Origin: Thermoproteota archaeon
GTDB taxonomy: Archaea; Asgardarchaeota; Njordarchaeia; Njordarchaeales; Panguiarchaeaceae
DNA: 64,000 nucleotides
Assembly: GCA_024720975.1 (NCBI GenBank)
Contig: JANJXX010000001.1
Location: forward strand, 345,839 to 409,838
Reading direction: 5' to 3'
Positions within the stretch are counted from its first letter, which is position 1. Every line of letters begins with the position of its first letter. The position numbers and the translations under genes are program-made. Below, one piece after another: positions 10,505 to 20,465 of the stretch. The notes below the pieces were generated by a model that worked only from the letters and a program-made list of their open reading frames with translations, was not told where the DNA came from and searched no databases.

Positions 10505-11578
10505 TTAAGAACTTCTCAATCTCGCGCGAGCTGCGAAGTCAAGTCCAAGTTTATTCTCGAGTAATATCCTAGTCAATCTCTTTATTGTCTTCAATTCGTC
10601 GTTCTTAGGGACTGTGTTAAGATCAACTACATCAAGCACTCTGAGAAGTTCGGAGCGATATATAAGGTCTTGAGGAATTCGATCTATTTGCCGCAGTAAT
10701 AACTCAAGGGCTTTGATTTTGACTCTTGAATTTTTCTCTCTCAGTAGTATCTGCTTCCCAATTATGTCTAAATACGCATCGGCCAGTCTGGGGTCTATAG
10801 AAAGTATTGCATCAACTACATCGAGTGCTGCCATTCTTATTGCAGCTTTCTCAGATCGGAGCTTTTTTCTGAGCATCATAATTGTATCGTTTTCTAACTG
10901 CACTTTGCGATCCCTTATGAGCACTGCTAAGTTTCTGAGCGCTTCTTCAAGAACAAGATGCGATTCATCAGAAAGTGCATTTATTGTTGATTTCCTGAGA
11001 AATTCGGCTGCGGCTTCCGGATATTTAGTATAAATTTCACGCGAGTACCTTAGAGCATCTCTTTTAACCAATGGCGGTAGATCAGAGATAACTTCGCTAA
11101 TAGCATTTATTGTCGGACCTACCTTATCCTCGCACTGAATAGCAATCTGACTCAACAACAATATTGAGCCGTGCTTTATATCTCCATTAGGATGTTTGAT
11201 TGTCTCAACACCAATCTTAAAGATTTCATCTGTATTATCAACAACTCCCTTGTTGATGATCCTTGAAATGCCGCGTAACACATTTCCAAGTACATTTGGG
11301 TGCTCCTCTTTTTTTAAGCAATCAAGTAGTATTGTATGGATTTCTTTCCTGAGACTATCCTCCACAATAGCAATATCAGCAATGACATTTACTGCAACAG
11401 CCCTTATTTTCCAATCTTCGTCACTCAACGCCTTCTTTGCTTCTTCAAACAATTTTTTCCTGTCATATTTTCCCTGGATGGCATACTTTCCTAGAAGTTT
11501 CAAGGCTTTTCTCCGTCTACCAACGTATGGTGAATTAAGCCAGGCCTCCAAATACTTGATTATCACTTTAGCCACCAT
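10505..11578 (-). CDS. HEAT/ARM-repeat protein
   Basis: Repeated units L.D....R..A (ALSDEDWKIRAVA, LSDESHLVLEEA, LRSEKAAIRMAA, EKNSRVKIKA). Confidence 0.75.
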   Translation of the reverse strand: MVAKVIIKYLEAWLNSPYVGRRRKALKLLGKYAIQGKYDRKKLFEEAKKALSDEDWKIRAVAVNVIADIAIVEDSLRKEIHTILLDCLKKEEHPNVLGNVLRGISRIINKGVVDNTDEIFKIGVETIKHPNGDIKHGSILLLSQIAIQCEDKVGPTINAISEVISDLPPLVKRDALRYSREIYTKYPEAAAEFLRKSTINALSDESHLVLEEALRNLAVLIRDRKVQLENDTIMMLRKKLRSEKAAIRMAALDVVDAILSIDPRLADAYLDIIGKQILLREKNSRVKIKALELLLRQIDRIPQDLIYRSELLRVLDVVDLNTVPKNDELKTIKRLTRILLENKLGLDFAARARLRSS

Positions 11579-11583
11579 GGTTA

Positions 11584-13422
11584 CTACTCTTTGGAGATGA
11601 ATTGATCTAGAGTGTCCGTCATCTCTTTTTTCGTGCTTTTTCTTTTTGTCCCTTTTTTAGCAGTTTTTAATTCTTCTTTTTTAGTTGGGATTGCTTTCTC
11701 TTTTTCAACTCCTTTTTCCTCAGCAGCTTTGGGCGAAGATACCTCTTCTTTGCCAGAAATTTTGAGTCGATGCCCCTCTTTAAGAGATCTTTTATACGCA
11801 TCTCTAATTCTACTTCTCGTTTCCTCATCAGTGATGTATTCGCTGAGGAATGCCTCCACAGTATCTTGCGAGCAACCCAAAAACGTAAGTAAAGCGCCGA
11901 TTATGTCCGGATTTGTCTTAGCAAAGTGAATAATTAGAGGAATGGACTTTATTACATCACGCCGTGATGTGTGCCAGTATTTAGCCAGAGAGACTACAAA
12001 TTTGCCTAATGGGCCCTCGCCAGCCAGAGTCTGGTAAAGTTTCTGGAACTGCGTACCCAGTTTCGGAATATTTATGCGTTTTTTTCTCAAAGTCCAGTAG
12101 TCAGATCGGATACCATATTTAGCCATTCCGTAAGCTAATTTATCGAAAGCATTCACATATGCGACATACCAGTTGCCCTTTAATGCCCCGATTTTGTAGT
12201 AATAATCAGCATCCGCAATAGCCTTATAGAAACCGAAGATCTCATCCTTCTTTATGAATTCCCAAGAGTTGTCCCAAACGGCTAGAATCAGATCGTAAAT
12301 GTCCTCTCCTGACTCTTCTAGATATCTTTTAGCGAGATTAATGTCGTCTTCAAGTTTTCCTGAGGAGCTCTTTAATCCGAATGCAAATCTAATAGAGTCT
12401 TGAAGCGAAGTCATCCTATCATGCCAGAGGGTAGGAAGCTTACCGGAATAGTAGTAAGTCTCAAGCGCTAATACGATACTTCTAAAGTCAGTTGCATATT
12501 TGGTAAGTTTATCTACGACGTCATCAGGTAAGTCCATCTTTACAGTACTTGCTATGCGCTTAATGAGGGCCTCTGCTTGATATTTCATGGGTCTATCAAA
12601 GAACACACTGATGCAATACCTAAATAACTGACGCACCTTAGGATCATGAAGTATGTTTGCAGTTAGTATGGGTGGGATTTTTATATCTTCAAGAAGCTTG
12701 AGTAATGCCTGAAAGCCTCCTTTATCTCTTTGACTACTCATACCATCCACTTCATCTAAAAGCAGGAGTCTGGGAGGTTTTTGAGGAAAATCGAGCCAGA
12801 TAAAGAAGCCAGCACTCATAGATGCTTCTTTGATTACCCTTCTCACAGCCGCTCTACTTCGCTCGTCACTTGCATTAAATTCTACTACGTATACACCCTC
12901 ATCGTTAGCAAGTGCATATGCTGTAGTGGTTTTCCCGCTTCCAGGGGGCCCTACCAGAAGCAACGGTTTGTAAGGTGGCATGGGATACATTATCGACATT
13001 AGAGCTTCTTTTCCCTCGGACTTCTTGTCAGAGATGTAGGAGATCCATACATCCTCGAGAAATCTCTCAAGAACGGGTTTTGCTGTCTTTTTAATATCTG
13101 CAATACTTCCCTGCTGAAAAATTTTTGATTCTACTTCTGGGTTGCCAAGCCATTTCTCGAATGTTCCTAGGAAGTGCTCATGCCATGAATTTTTATGTCG
13201 CTGCCATAAGCGTCTATTTTCCTTATTACCAATGAATTCTCTCCAGCTACTGTAATATTTCTGAATCCAAAGAACTTTTAGGTTCCACAAACATACCCAA
13301 GCACGCCACCACTTTACTATGCTGTCCCTTTGAGACTTGGTAAGTATGACTTCGCTAAGTGACCTTGGACGAAATAGTTCAGTCCATGGAACTTGTACAT
13401 GTTTTTGCCTGTCCTTAAGCAT
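11584..13422 (-). CDS. rfcL: Replication factor C large subunit with N-terminal insertion
   Basis: PWTELFRP, GPPGSGKT, EFNASDER, LLDEVDG, C-terminal PIP-like TLDQF; directly downstream of rfcS. Confidence 0.9.
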   Translation of the reverse strand: MLKDRQKHVQVPWTELFRPRSLSEVILTKSQRDSIVKWWRAWVCLWNLKVLWIQKYYSSWREFIGNKENRRLWQRHKNSWHEHFLGTFEKWLGNPEVESKIFQQGSIADIKKTAKPVLERFLEDVWISYISDKKSEGKEALMSIMYPMPPYKPLLLVGPPGSGKTTTAYALANDEGVYVVEFNASDERSRAAVRRVIKEASMSAGFFIWLDFPQKPPRLLLLDEVDGMSSQRDKGGFQALLKLLEDIKIPPILTANILHDPKVRQLFRYCISVFFDRPMKYQAEALIKRIASTVKMDLPDDVVDKLTKYATDFRSIVLALETYYYSGKLPTLWHDRMTSLQDSIRFAFGLKSSSGKLEDDINLAKRYLEESGEDIYDLILAVWDNSWEFIKKDEIFGFYKAIADADYYYKIGALKGNWYVAYVNAFDKLAYGMAKYGIRSDYWTLRKKRINIPKLGTQFQKLYQTLAGEGPLGKFVVSLAKYWHTSRRDVIKSIPLIIHFAKTNPDIIGALLTFLGCSQDTVEAFLSEYITDEETRSRIRDAYKRSLKEGHRLKISGKEEVSSPKAAEEKGVEKEKAIPTKKEELKTAKKGTKRKSTKKEMTDTLDQFISKE

Positions 13423-13469
13423 GTCAATTCCCTTAGGATTGTTAGAATAGTTGCTATTCTAGAGATGCA

Positions 13470-14486
13470 CTAACGTGCGCTCTTTCTGTATTTAGTGCCG
13501 AAATCCGTAATAATTGCAAGCAACGCCGACAGCTGTAGATAATCAGTAGCACCTTGAGATATTCTAAAGTCCAACTCACCGATGAGCTCCATTAATTTAA
13601 TCTTGTCCTCGGGATCAATGGGAATAGCATTTCGAGCGATAGCTGCATAGATATCACGCAGTAAATCCACACCACTAACTCCTTCTTCGGCTAGCATTGT
13701 GATCAACATTTTTCTGGCATCCTCGAATTTACCTGCAAACGCCAGTTGCAAGAGTTTGTTAACATGCTCCGGGAACACTATACCTGCGGTACGATAGACG
13801 AGGTCTTTATTAACAGGCACGCCAAAGTACGCAACACTTTGAAGCAAGTTTATCGCCTTTCTAAGGTCGCCTTCTGATACTTCAACCAGAGCGTCTAGAC
13901 CATCTTCTTTTAGATCAACGTGTTCATTTTTTGCAATGAATCTTAGTCGCTCCTTTATAGCATCGTTTGACAGTCGTTTAAAACGAAATACAGCGCACCT
14001 TGATTGTATCGGCTCGATGATTTTCGATGGATAGTTGCATATTAATATGAACCGAGAGATATTAGCAAATTTTTCCATCATCCTCCTCAACGCATGTTGG
14101 GCTTCACTTGTCATCTGATCAGCTTCATCGAGGATTATTATCTTAAATGGAACTTCACCAACAACCATAGTTTTAGCATAGTTTTTCAGTTTTGTTCTGA
14201 CAACTTCGATTTTGCGTTCATCACTTGCATTTAGCTCAAGTGTGTAAGTACGCCATGTATCACCGTATAATTCATACGCTATGCACAGGGCTGCTGTTGT
14301 TTTACCAGTCCCAGGAGGACCAGAGAAAAGCAAATTCGGAATATTCCTATTTTTTACAAACTCTTTTAAGGCAGCAACGATTTCTTCCTGATTTACAATA
14401 TCGTCAAGTTTTTTAGGACGATATTTCTCAACCCAAAGAATATCTTCTCCCTCAATTCCCGTTTTTGCTGCCAAGTTCGTCACCAT
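13470..14486 (-). CDS. rfcS: Replication factor C small subunit
   Basis: WVEKYRP, GPPGTGKT, ELNASDER, DEAD, SRC motif; no intein. Confidence 0.97.
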   Translation of the reverse strand: MVTNLAAKTGIEGEDILWVEKYRPKKLDDIVNQEEIVAALKEFVKNRNIPNLLFSGPPGTGKTTAALCIAYELYGDTWRTYTLELNASDERKIEVVRTKLKNYAKTMVVGEVPFKIIILDEADQMTSEAQHALRRMMEKFANISRFILICNYPSKIIEPIQSRCAVFRFKRLSNDAIKERLRFIAKNEHVDLKEDGLDALVEVSEGDLRKAINLLQSVAYFGVPVNKDLVYRTAGIVFPEHVNKLLQLAFAGKFEDARKMLITMLAEEGVSGVDLLRDIYAAIARNAIPIDPEDKIKLMELIGELDFRISQGATDYLQLSALLAIITDFGTKYRKSAR

Positions 14487-14596
14487 AATTACATGAACTC
14501 AACCAACATAAAACCCAGATTTAATGCGATTCCTTATCTAATTTCAATAGGTTTCAAGAATAAAGCTAGAAAAAGGCAAAAATAGAGAGTCTAAAT

Positions 14597-15790
14597 TCAA
14601 AGTTTACCTTCGATGTATCTTCGCCAAAAGTTCGGTAGCGACTTTAATACTTCCTCGACTATCGATGTAATTTCACTCTTCACATTACTACCACCTTCTT
14701 CTCCAATGTATTCAACATAGACCATTTGCGGTTCAGTTATGGGCTTTCCTATTGTAGAAACTAGAACGACGTATACCTCATCAAGGCACAATTCTTTTTG
14801 GATATTTTCTGCAGCTTTTTGCGCAGCATACTGATATATCTTACCAACATGCGATACCGGATTTTTTCCGGAGTGGGCCTCTATAGACATATACCTTAGG
14901 GGTGTTATCAATCCATTCCATCTGTTTCCTCTACCTATTTGCCCGTCGTCACCAGCTTCTGCGCTGGTACCAGTCACTGTAAGATAATATATACCTTTTT
15001 GGGGATTATCCGCCGTATTTATTTCTACATATAGTTCTCGATCCGTTAATTTTGATAGATGCTCATATAATTCAGATTTGACGGATTCCTTCAAACTAAG
15101 ATAGTCATCTAAAGAGCTTAATTCGCGATCAACAGCAGCCATAGCAACCGTAAGTCTGATCTTATCATTTCTTCGAACAGCCATTACTTTTATGTCCTCT
15201 CCTACTGCAGGATATCTCCTTTTAAATTCCCTGCTGTTTAGCAACTGTTCTGCCCCCAGGCAAACTCTTTCAGTCTCACTTAGAGGGGCGAACCCAACAC
15301 CTATACTTGTATCATTTGCTAATGGTGCTGGACTGTCTTTCACAGCCTCGAATAATTTCCTCAGATCTGTGCTTCCGGGTCTTATCGAGTATATTATTGA
15401 TACATGCCTAAGTGGATCTAAGTATCTAAAGTTTTCTGAGAACCAATCAAAAGCTGCACTCCTAACGAGGACTCCTATGGGCACTTCCTTTTCTAGTTCC
15501 CCATACACATGAAGAGTCGCTCGACCCACAAAATGAAGCAGAATTGGTTCCAATACTATTCCGCCGCCGAATTGTGGTTGTGATCTGCCTCCAACTAACA
15601 CACACTTGTCTATGTTAAAGTGCAGGGGAACACCGAAGTTTTCATAATAGTATTTAGTTAGATAGAGTGAGATTTTTTCGCCTATTTCGTCGCATATCGT
15701 GTCAGGGTGACCAATGCCTTTCCTCTCGACTATTTCCACAGGTCTCTTATCCATTGGCGAGATTTTCTCTAGTTGATGAATCTCAATCAC
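14597..15790 (-). CDS. mat: S-adenosylmethionine synthetase (archaeal type)
   Basis: [43 protein letters not shown]. Confidence 0.96.
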   Translation of the reverse strand: MIEIHQLEKISPMDKRPVEIVERKGIGHPDTICDEIGEKISLYLTKYYYENFGVPLHFNIDKCVLVGGRSQPQFGGGIVLEPILLHFVGRATLHVYGELEKEVPIGVLVRSAAFDWFSENFRYLDPLRHVSIIYSIRPGSTDLRKLFEAVKDSPAPLANDTSIGVGFAPLSETERVCLGAEQLLNSREFKRRYPAVGEDIKVMAVRRNDKIRLTVAMAAVDRELSSLDDYLSLKESVKSELYEHLSKLTDRELYVEINTADNPQKGIYYLTVTGTSAEAGDDGQIGRGNRWNGLITPLRYMSIEAHSGKNPVSHVGKIYQYAAQKAAENIQKELCLDEVYVVLVSTIGKPITEPQMVYVEYIGEEGGSNVKSEITSIVEEVLKSLPNFWRRYIEGKL

Positions 15791-15917
15791 TTGAAAAACA
15801 CCAAAAAAGCGAGCTCATTGAAAAATCAAACATTTAAAAGTAACTGCACCAATTTAAAGCTGAAGAAATACACTTACGAAATTCACCCAACGACTACAGA
15901 AAGAATTTTTCGATTCA

Positions 15918-16376
15918 TTATGAGCTCGTGCGCAACTCTTTAATGTACTTATAGTAAGAGAATCCTTGAGGAAGTCTACCTTTGGTCTTATAGTAGTCTA
16001 TTAAGCGATTTATTTTTCCCTCAACTAATTGAAGCGCACGTTTAGAAACGAAATCCTTTTTATGCTGTAGAAGATGTTTCCTAATACTGACAGCCTGTCT
16101 GATTAAGCTCATTAAATCCTCTGGAATCTCCGGTTGCAGATTATGCTCTCTAAGTATCTGGTTTAACTTCTTACCAAGTACGAATCTGACGGATGGTATC
16201 CCATATTGGTCTCTTAATATTAAGCCTATTTTTGCTGGGGGTTCACCTTTCTGTGCGAGATCAATAATTATGTTCTCTATTTCCTTTGGGGTAAGCGCAA
16301 CGAAGCTGGGTCCACTGGTTCTATATAGCCTCTTAGATTGCGCCTTTCCACATTTTCGAGCATATAGCTTTGCCAA
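15918..16376 (-). CDS. rps15: Ribosomal protein uS15 (S15P/S13e)
   Basis: IGLILRDQYGIP, IPEDL, KINRLIDYYK; TTG start after GGTGAG. Confidence 0.96.
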   Translation of the reverse strand: MAKLYARKCGKAQSKRLYRTSGPSFVALTPKEIENIIIDLAQKGEPPAKIGLILRDQYGIPSVRFVLGKKLNQILREHNLQPEIPEDLMSLIRQAVSIRKHLLQHKKDFVSKRALQLVEGKINRLIDYYKTKGRLPQGFSYYKYIKELRTSS

Positions 16377-16473
16377 TACACTCACCAAGCAATATTATGT
16401 TGGCAAAACCCCAATGAATCATTTCATTAATGTTTAAAGTAAAGAGAAGATATTGATATTTAAACGTTGAAAA

Positions 16474-17019
16474 TTGGTGGGTGCTCTGGCAGAAAAACTC
16501 GTGTGTGAAATTTGCGGAAGACCAGTGCATGGCAAAAAGTTTTATGTATTCCAAGACATAGAACTTTTGCTATGTGAAATTTGCGCTAAACAACTACGTG
16601 CCAAGGAGATTGTCGCAGCCCCTGATACACTAACTCCCAGAAAACTAAAGGATGACACAAGAAAAACAGTAATGGAGCTTCCAAAACAGCAGCCCAAAGA
16701 GCTCGAGTATGATTACGTAAAGGGCTTTGGGGATTTGATAAGAAACGCCCGAATTAAAAAAGGGCTCAAGCCTGAGAAATTAGCTATGATACTAGGTATC
16801 TCGCCCTCATATTTGCTTAAAATTGAACGAGAAAAAGTAAAGCCCGAGCTACACCTAGCACAAAGAATTGAGAAGGTTTTGAATGTAAGAATTCTAGTAA
16901 GAGTAGACACAAAATCACTTAGCCTTACTAGCGAACTTAAAGATGAACCTAAACCATTCACGCTAGGCGACATACTGCTGATAGAAAAACCAAAGAAAAA
17001 ATCAAGTAAAATGACGTGA
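16474..17019 (+). CDS. mbf1: Multiprotein bridging factor aMBF1
   Basis: N-terminal CEICG...CEIC Zn ribbon, Xre-type HTH, C-terminal TLGD. Confidence 0.9.
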   Translation: MVGALAEKLVCEICGRPVHGKKFYVFQDIELLLCEICAKQLRAKEIVAAPDTLTPRKLKDDTRKTVMELPKQQPKELEYDYVKGFGDLIRNARIKKGLKPEKLAMILGISPSYLLKIEREKVKPELHLAQRIEKVLNVRILVRVDTKSLSLTSELKDEPKPFTLGDILLIEKPKKKSSKMT

Positions 17020-17025
17020 GAGAAG

Positions 17026-17607
17026 ATGCTAGGCGTTGGAATCGTCGGCATGCCAGGAAGTGGTAAATCCGCATTAGGTGACGTTGCGAGAAAAAGAGGC
17101 GTCTTGGTTCTCAATATGGGCGACGTCGTCCGCGAGGAAATTATAAACAACGGCCTAGAACTTACATCAGAAAATTTATTGCATTACGCTGAAGAGCTTA
17201 GAAAGAAGCATGGGAGAGGTGCTGTAGCCGTTTTGGTAATAAATAGACTTAAGAAACTTCTCTTCGAAGAGGGAAAAGCAAAGGCTTTACCAAAAGTTGT
17301 TTTAATTGAGGGTCTCAGATCCCCAGAGGAAAAAAACGTTTTTGAAAAGTTCTTTGATAAGTTTTATGTAGTCGCTGTGCATGCTTCTCCCAAGACACGA
17401 TACGACCGCATATTGTCGAGAAATAGACCCGATGACTTCAAGACTATTCCAGAGCTCAAAGAGCGTGATTATAAAGAATTGAGCTTCGGTATAGGTGAAC
17501 TAATGGCTATGGCAGATTTTCACCTAGTGAACGATAACAAACCAGTACACGAATTCATAAAGGAATGCGAGGAACTTATTGAAAAGATACTGAATCTAGA
17601 TTGTTAG
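17026..17607 (+). CDS. COG0237 P-loop kinase (CoaE-like fold)
   Basis: GMPGSGKS, MGDVVRE, IEGLRSPEE, RD..EL..GIG. Confidence 0.85.
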   Translation: MLGVGIVGMPGSGKSALGDVARKRGVLVLNMGDVVREEIINNGLELTSENLLHYAEELRKKHGRGAVAVLVINRLKKLLFEEGKAKALPKVVLIEGLRSPEEKNVFEKFFDKFYVVAVHASPKTRYDRILSRNRPDDFKTIPELKERDYKELSFGIGELMAMADFHLVNDNKPVHEFIKECEELIEKILNLDC

Positions 17608-20354
17608 TTCCTAGTGAATTCCTCTAAAATCCGTTTCCTTATGATGATTAGTAGGTTATCTGATGGTATCTCTAGTTTTCCAAAGATCCTATCTTTTGCT
17701 TCTTTATATTCGGCGCGTAGTTGTTTAAGAACTTCTTTTATGGTATTTCTAAAAGCCTCGTCACCCTTAGCAATGAATATATTCTCTGCAAGCGTCGTGC
17801 TGACTAACAAAATGTTATCTGTTTTGCTCTCTAGTCTATTCACGATATTGAAGAGTGAGTTAAGATCTAGATCAATTCTTTCTAGCAGGAATTTCTTACC
17901 ATCTATACTGACCACTTTATCCGAGACTAGCTTTTCTATGTTGTCTGAAATATACTTCCAGAGTTTTTGGAGTTCATCTTTCTGCCTCTTCCACTCAGAA
18001 AAGAATCTTGATGAAGTTTCTGCAAGCTTCTCTGGTCGTACCTTAAAGACTTCACAAGCCTCGTAGAGATGCCTGTCGCTAGAAATTATATGATCAATTG
18101 CGTATTCACCAACCGTGAATTCTAGTCGAATGATTCCATCATGAATTTTTTTAGAACCTAGAATTTTTATGGGTCCTACGAGAATTGTTTGCGGTAAATG
18201 CGTTCCACCACACGCTTCGACGTCCCAACCATCAATGTTTACTATTCTCAATACAGCTGATGGCACTGCTCCTCCTTGATATATCTTAACGCCAAATTTA
18301 CGCTCTGCGTCAGTTCTATTCATAAATTCTATATAAACTGGTCTATTCTCTAAAACTACCTTATTTGCAAGCTTCTCGATTTCCTTTAATTCTTCAAAAC
18401 TCAGATTTTCATAGTGCGAAATATCCAAATGAGCCTTATCAACCTTTTTTTCTGCACCCATTTGCCATACGTGAGGCCCTAGTACTCTTTGAGCTGCACC
18501 ATTTATTATATGTGTTGCGGTATGGTGACGCATGAGCTGGAGTCTTCTATTCCAGTCGATAATACCCTTTACCTTTCCAGTGTTTTCATGAATCGCTTCA
18601 TTTAGTTCATGTATTATAACGTCTCCTACCTTGAAGACATTTACTACTCTGTATTCCTTACCGCCCGCTATAATTATACCAGAGTCTCCTTCTTGGCCAC
18701 CGCCTCTAGGATAGAAGGCTGTCATGTTCAACACAAGAAATCTATCCTTTGAAAATACAATTTCAGCCTCAAATTCCTTCAGGAACTGATCTTCATAGTA
18801 AAGCTTCCTTGTGTGTGGAAGATTATTTATTTCCTTTCCCAGGAGCTCAACAATCTCGCGCTCAATCGTTTTCCTGTCGGTGCTTTCTACGTCTGGTTTA
18901 TTGTACATTTCCTTAAGCCTATCATAGAAGTCGGATGAAATTTTCACGGTAATTCCTAAATCCAGTTTGTTGGATAAATACTCGACCTCTTCGGGGGGTA
19001 TCCCATAGTTTAAGTATAAGTCCCGTAGTATAGGAAAATCAATGATTTTTTTCTTGGTCTTTCTAGCTATATTCTTGAGCTCCCGAATAGCATTTTGTAT
19101 GGTTTCCAAGAACCTATCCTGTTCTAGATGCCAGATTTTGATGGCTATTTTTTCGATTCCCTTTATCCTGTGAAACGTTCTAGAGAAGTATTCCACGGAA
19201 CGTAAAATTAGCTCATCCCAAGCGATCTCTAGCTGATATTTTTCGGCCAATGAAATTGCTCGCCTTAGAATTGCTCGGAGATTAGCCGCACCCCCAATGT
19301 TAGCCGGTATGCCACCATCGGGTATTGCCATGATAACTGTCTTAACGTGATCTAAGATTGCATACATCGCCTCCAGTGGACCAAATATGCTTCTAAATTC
19401 ATCTTCTGAAATCCCAAGTTTATCAGCAAGAGCCTTTCGAGTTGAACTAAAAATCTCATCGCTTTCGGTTTTAACCATACCTACATAGCGTCCATAGAGG
19501 AGCATTAAATCCTTATCTACTGAAATTCCCAGGTCCTTTTTTAACCATATGAAAATAGGGCCGAATGTGGCTTCATATATAGTTGGAGTTCCTTGTGTAA
19601 ACCATGAGACCCTCTCAAGTCCCCAACCTACATCAAGAACTCTTATTGGTATTCGCTGAAGAGAACCATCAACTATCTTGTACTGCATAAATACTCCGTT
19701 GACTATTTCTAGGCCGTGTGAGAAGGTTTCTAGAGATGGGCCACAATTGCCTCCCCCCTTCCACCAATCCTCTTTATATGTAAGTTCTTCAGGAGGCACC
19801 CCCAGAACTTTTGTCATGAATTCAAAGTTCAATTCCAGATATCGATCTTTCCAGTATCCTCCTTTCCATTTGTCACTGATGAATGCATGCTGACCACCCA
19901 TCGTGAAACTCGATAGATGCCTGCCTGTTTTTCCAATGCGATCAATGTCACTAAATTCGCCTCCAAAGCGAATGCACGGTTGAGGGACGACAAGTGGATT
20001 TGCGGGAGGATCAACATAACCCTCAACAACCCAGGGTTGGAATATAGCTATGCTTGCTATCGTGAAGTATATATCCTCCCTCCACCGAGCTACAACCGGG
20101 TAGTAATCCAGAACTTCATGTCCCCGCTTCTTGAAAAAGTCTAACCAACGTGATATTGTATTATGTATGTCCCAGTGTTCCACTGGATCAAGTCTTCTTA
20201 CAAATCTGTACTCACCCTCACATTCAACATCGCCGCAAGTTTGTCTCTCTTCATTAAGAGTCCAAAAGAAACCGCCGCATTTCGGACATTGCTTCCTGAC
20301 AAAATTTTCGCGTCTGAAAAACTCGTTTTCATATTCCTTAGGATCTACTTGCAT
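17604..20354 (-). CDS. alaS: Alanyl-tRNA synthetase (archaeal type) with atypical tRNA-recognition domain
   Basis: N-terminal Zn motif, YPVVARWR, QPCIR, GGGNCGP, DVGWGLER; editing motifs HHTATH and ACGGTH. Confidence 0.97.
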   Translation of the reverse strand: MQVDPKEYENEFFRRENFVRKQCPKCGGFFWTLNEERQTCGDVECEGEYRFVRRLDPVEHWDIHNTISRWLDFFKKRGHEVLDYYPVVARWREDIYFTIASIAIFQPWVVEGYVDPPANPLVVPQPCIRFGGEFSDIDRIGKTGRHLSSFTMGGQHAFISDKWKGGYWKDRYLELNFEFMTKVLGVPPEELTYKEDWWKGGGNCGPSLETFSHGLEIVNGVFMQYKIVDGSLQRIPIRVLDVGWGLERVSWFTQGTPTIYEATFGPIFIWLKKDLGISVDKDLMLLYGRYVGMVKTESDEIFSSTRKALADKLGISEDEFRSIFGPLEAMYAILDHVKTVIMAIPDGGIPANIGGAANLRAILRRAISLAEKYQLEIAWDELILRSVEYFSRTFHRIKGIEKIAIKIWHLEQDRFLETIQNAIRELKNIARKTKKKIIDFPILRDLYLNYGIPPEEVEYLSNKLDLGITVKISSDFYDRLKEMYNKPDVESTDRKTIEREIVELLGKEINNLPHTRKLYYEDQFLKEFEAEIVFSKDRFLVLNMTAFYPRGGGQEGDSGIIIAGGKEYRVVNVFKVGDVIIHELNEAIHENTGKVKGIIDWNRRLQLMRHHTATHIINGAAQRVLGPHVWQMGAEKKVDKAHLDISHYENLSFEELKEIEKLANKVVLENRPVYIEFMNRTDAERKFGVKIYQGGAVPSAVLRIVNIDGWDVEACGGTHLPQTILVGPIKILGSKKIHDGIIRLEFTVGEYAIDHIISSDRHLYEACEVFKVRPEKLAETSSRFFSEWKRQKDELQKLWKYISDNIEKLVSDKVVSIDGKKFLLERIDLDLNSLFNIVNRLESKTDNILLVSTTLAENIFIAKGDEAFRNTIKEVLKQLRAEYKEAKDRIFGKLEIPSDNLLIIIRKRILEEFTRN

Positions 20355-20465
20355 GTAGCTCTTCCTTGGTTTAATCTACATTGAGATTAAGACCAAAATA
20401 GAACATTATGATGTAGTCCTATATTCTAATCTCTTAAGTATCAATATGTCGAATTGACCACTGCA

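Noticed and set aside
12979-13296. Intein in RfcL
   Set aside because: No terminal His-Asn followed by Cys/Ser/Thr, no LAGLIDADG motifs, and not at the usual Walker A insertion site.
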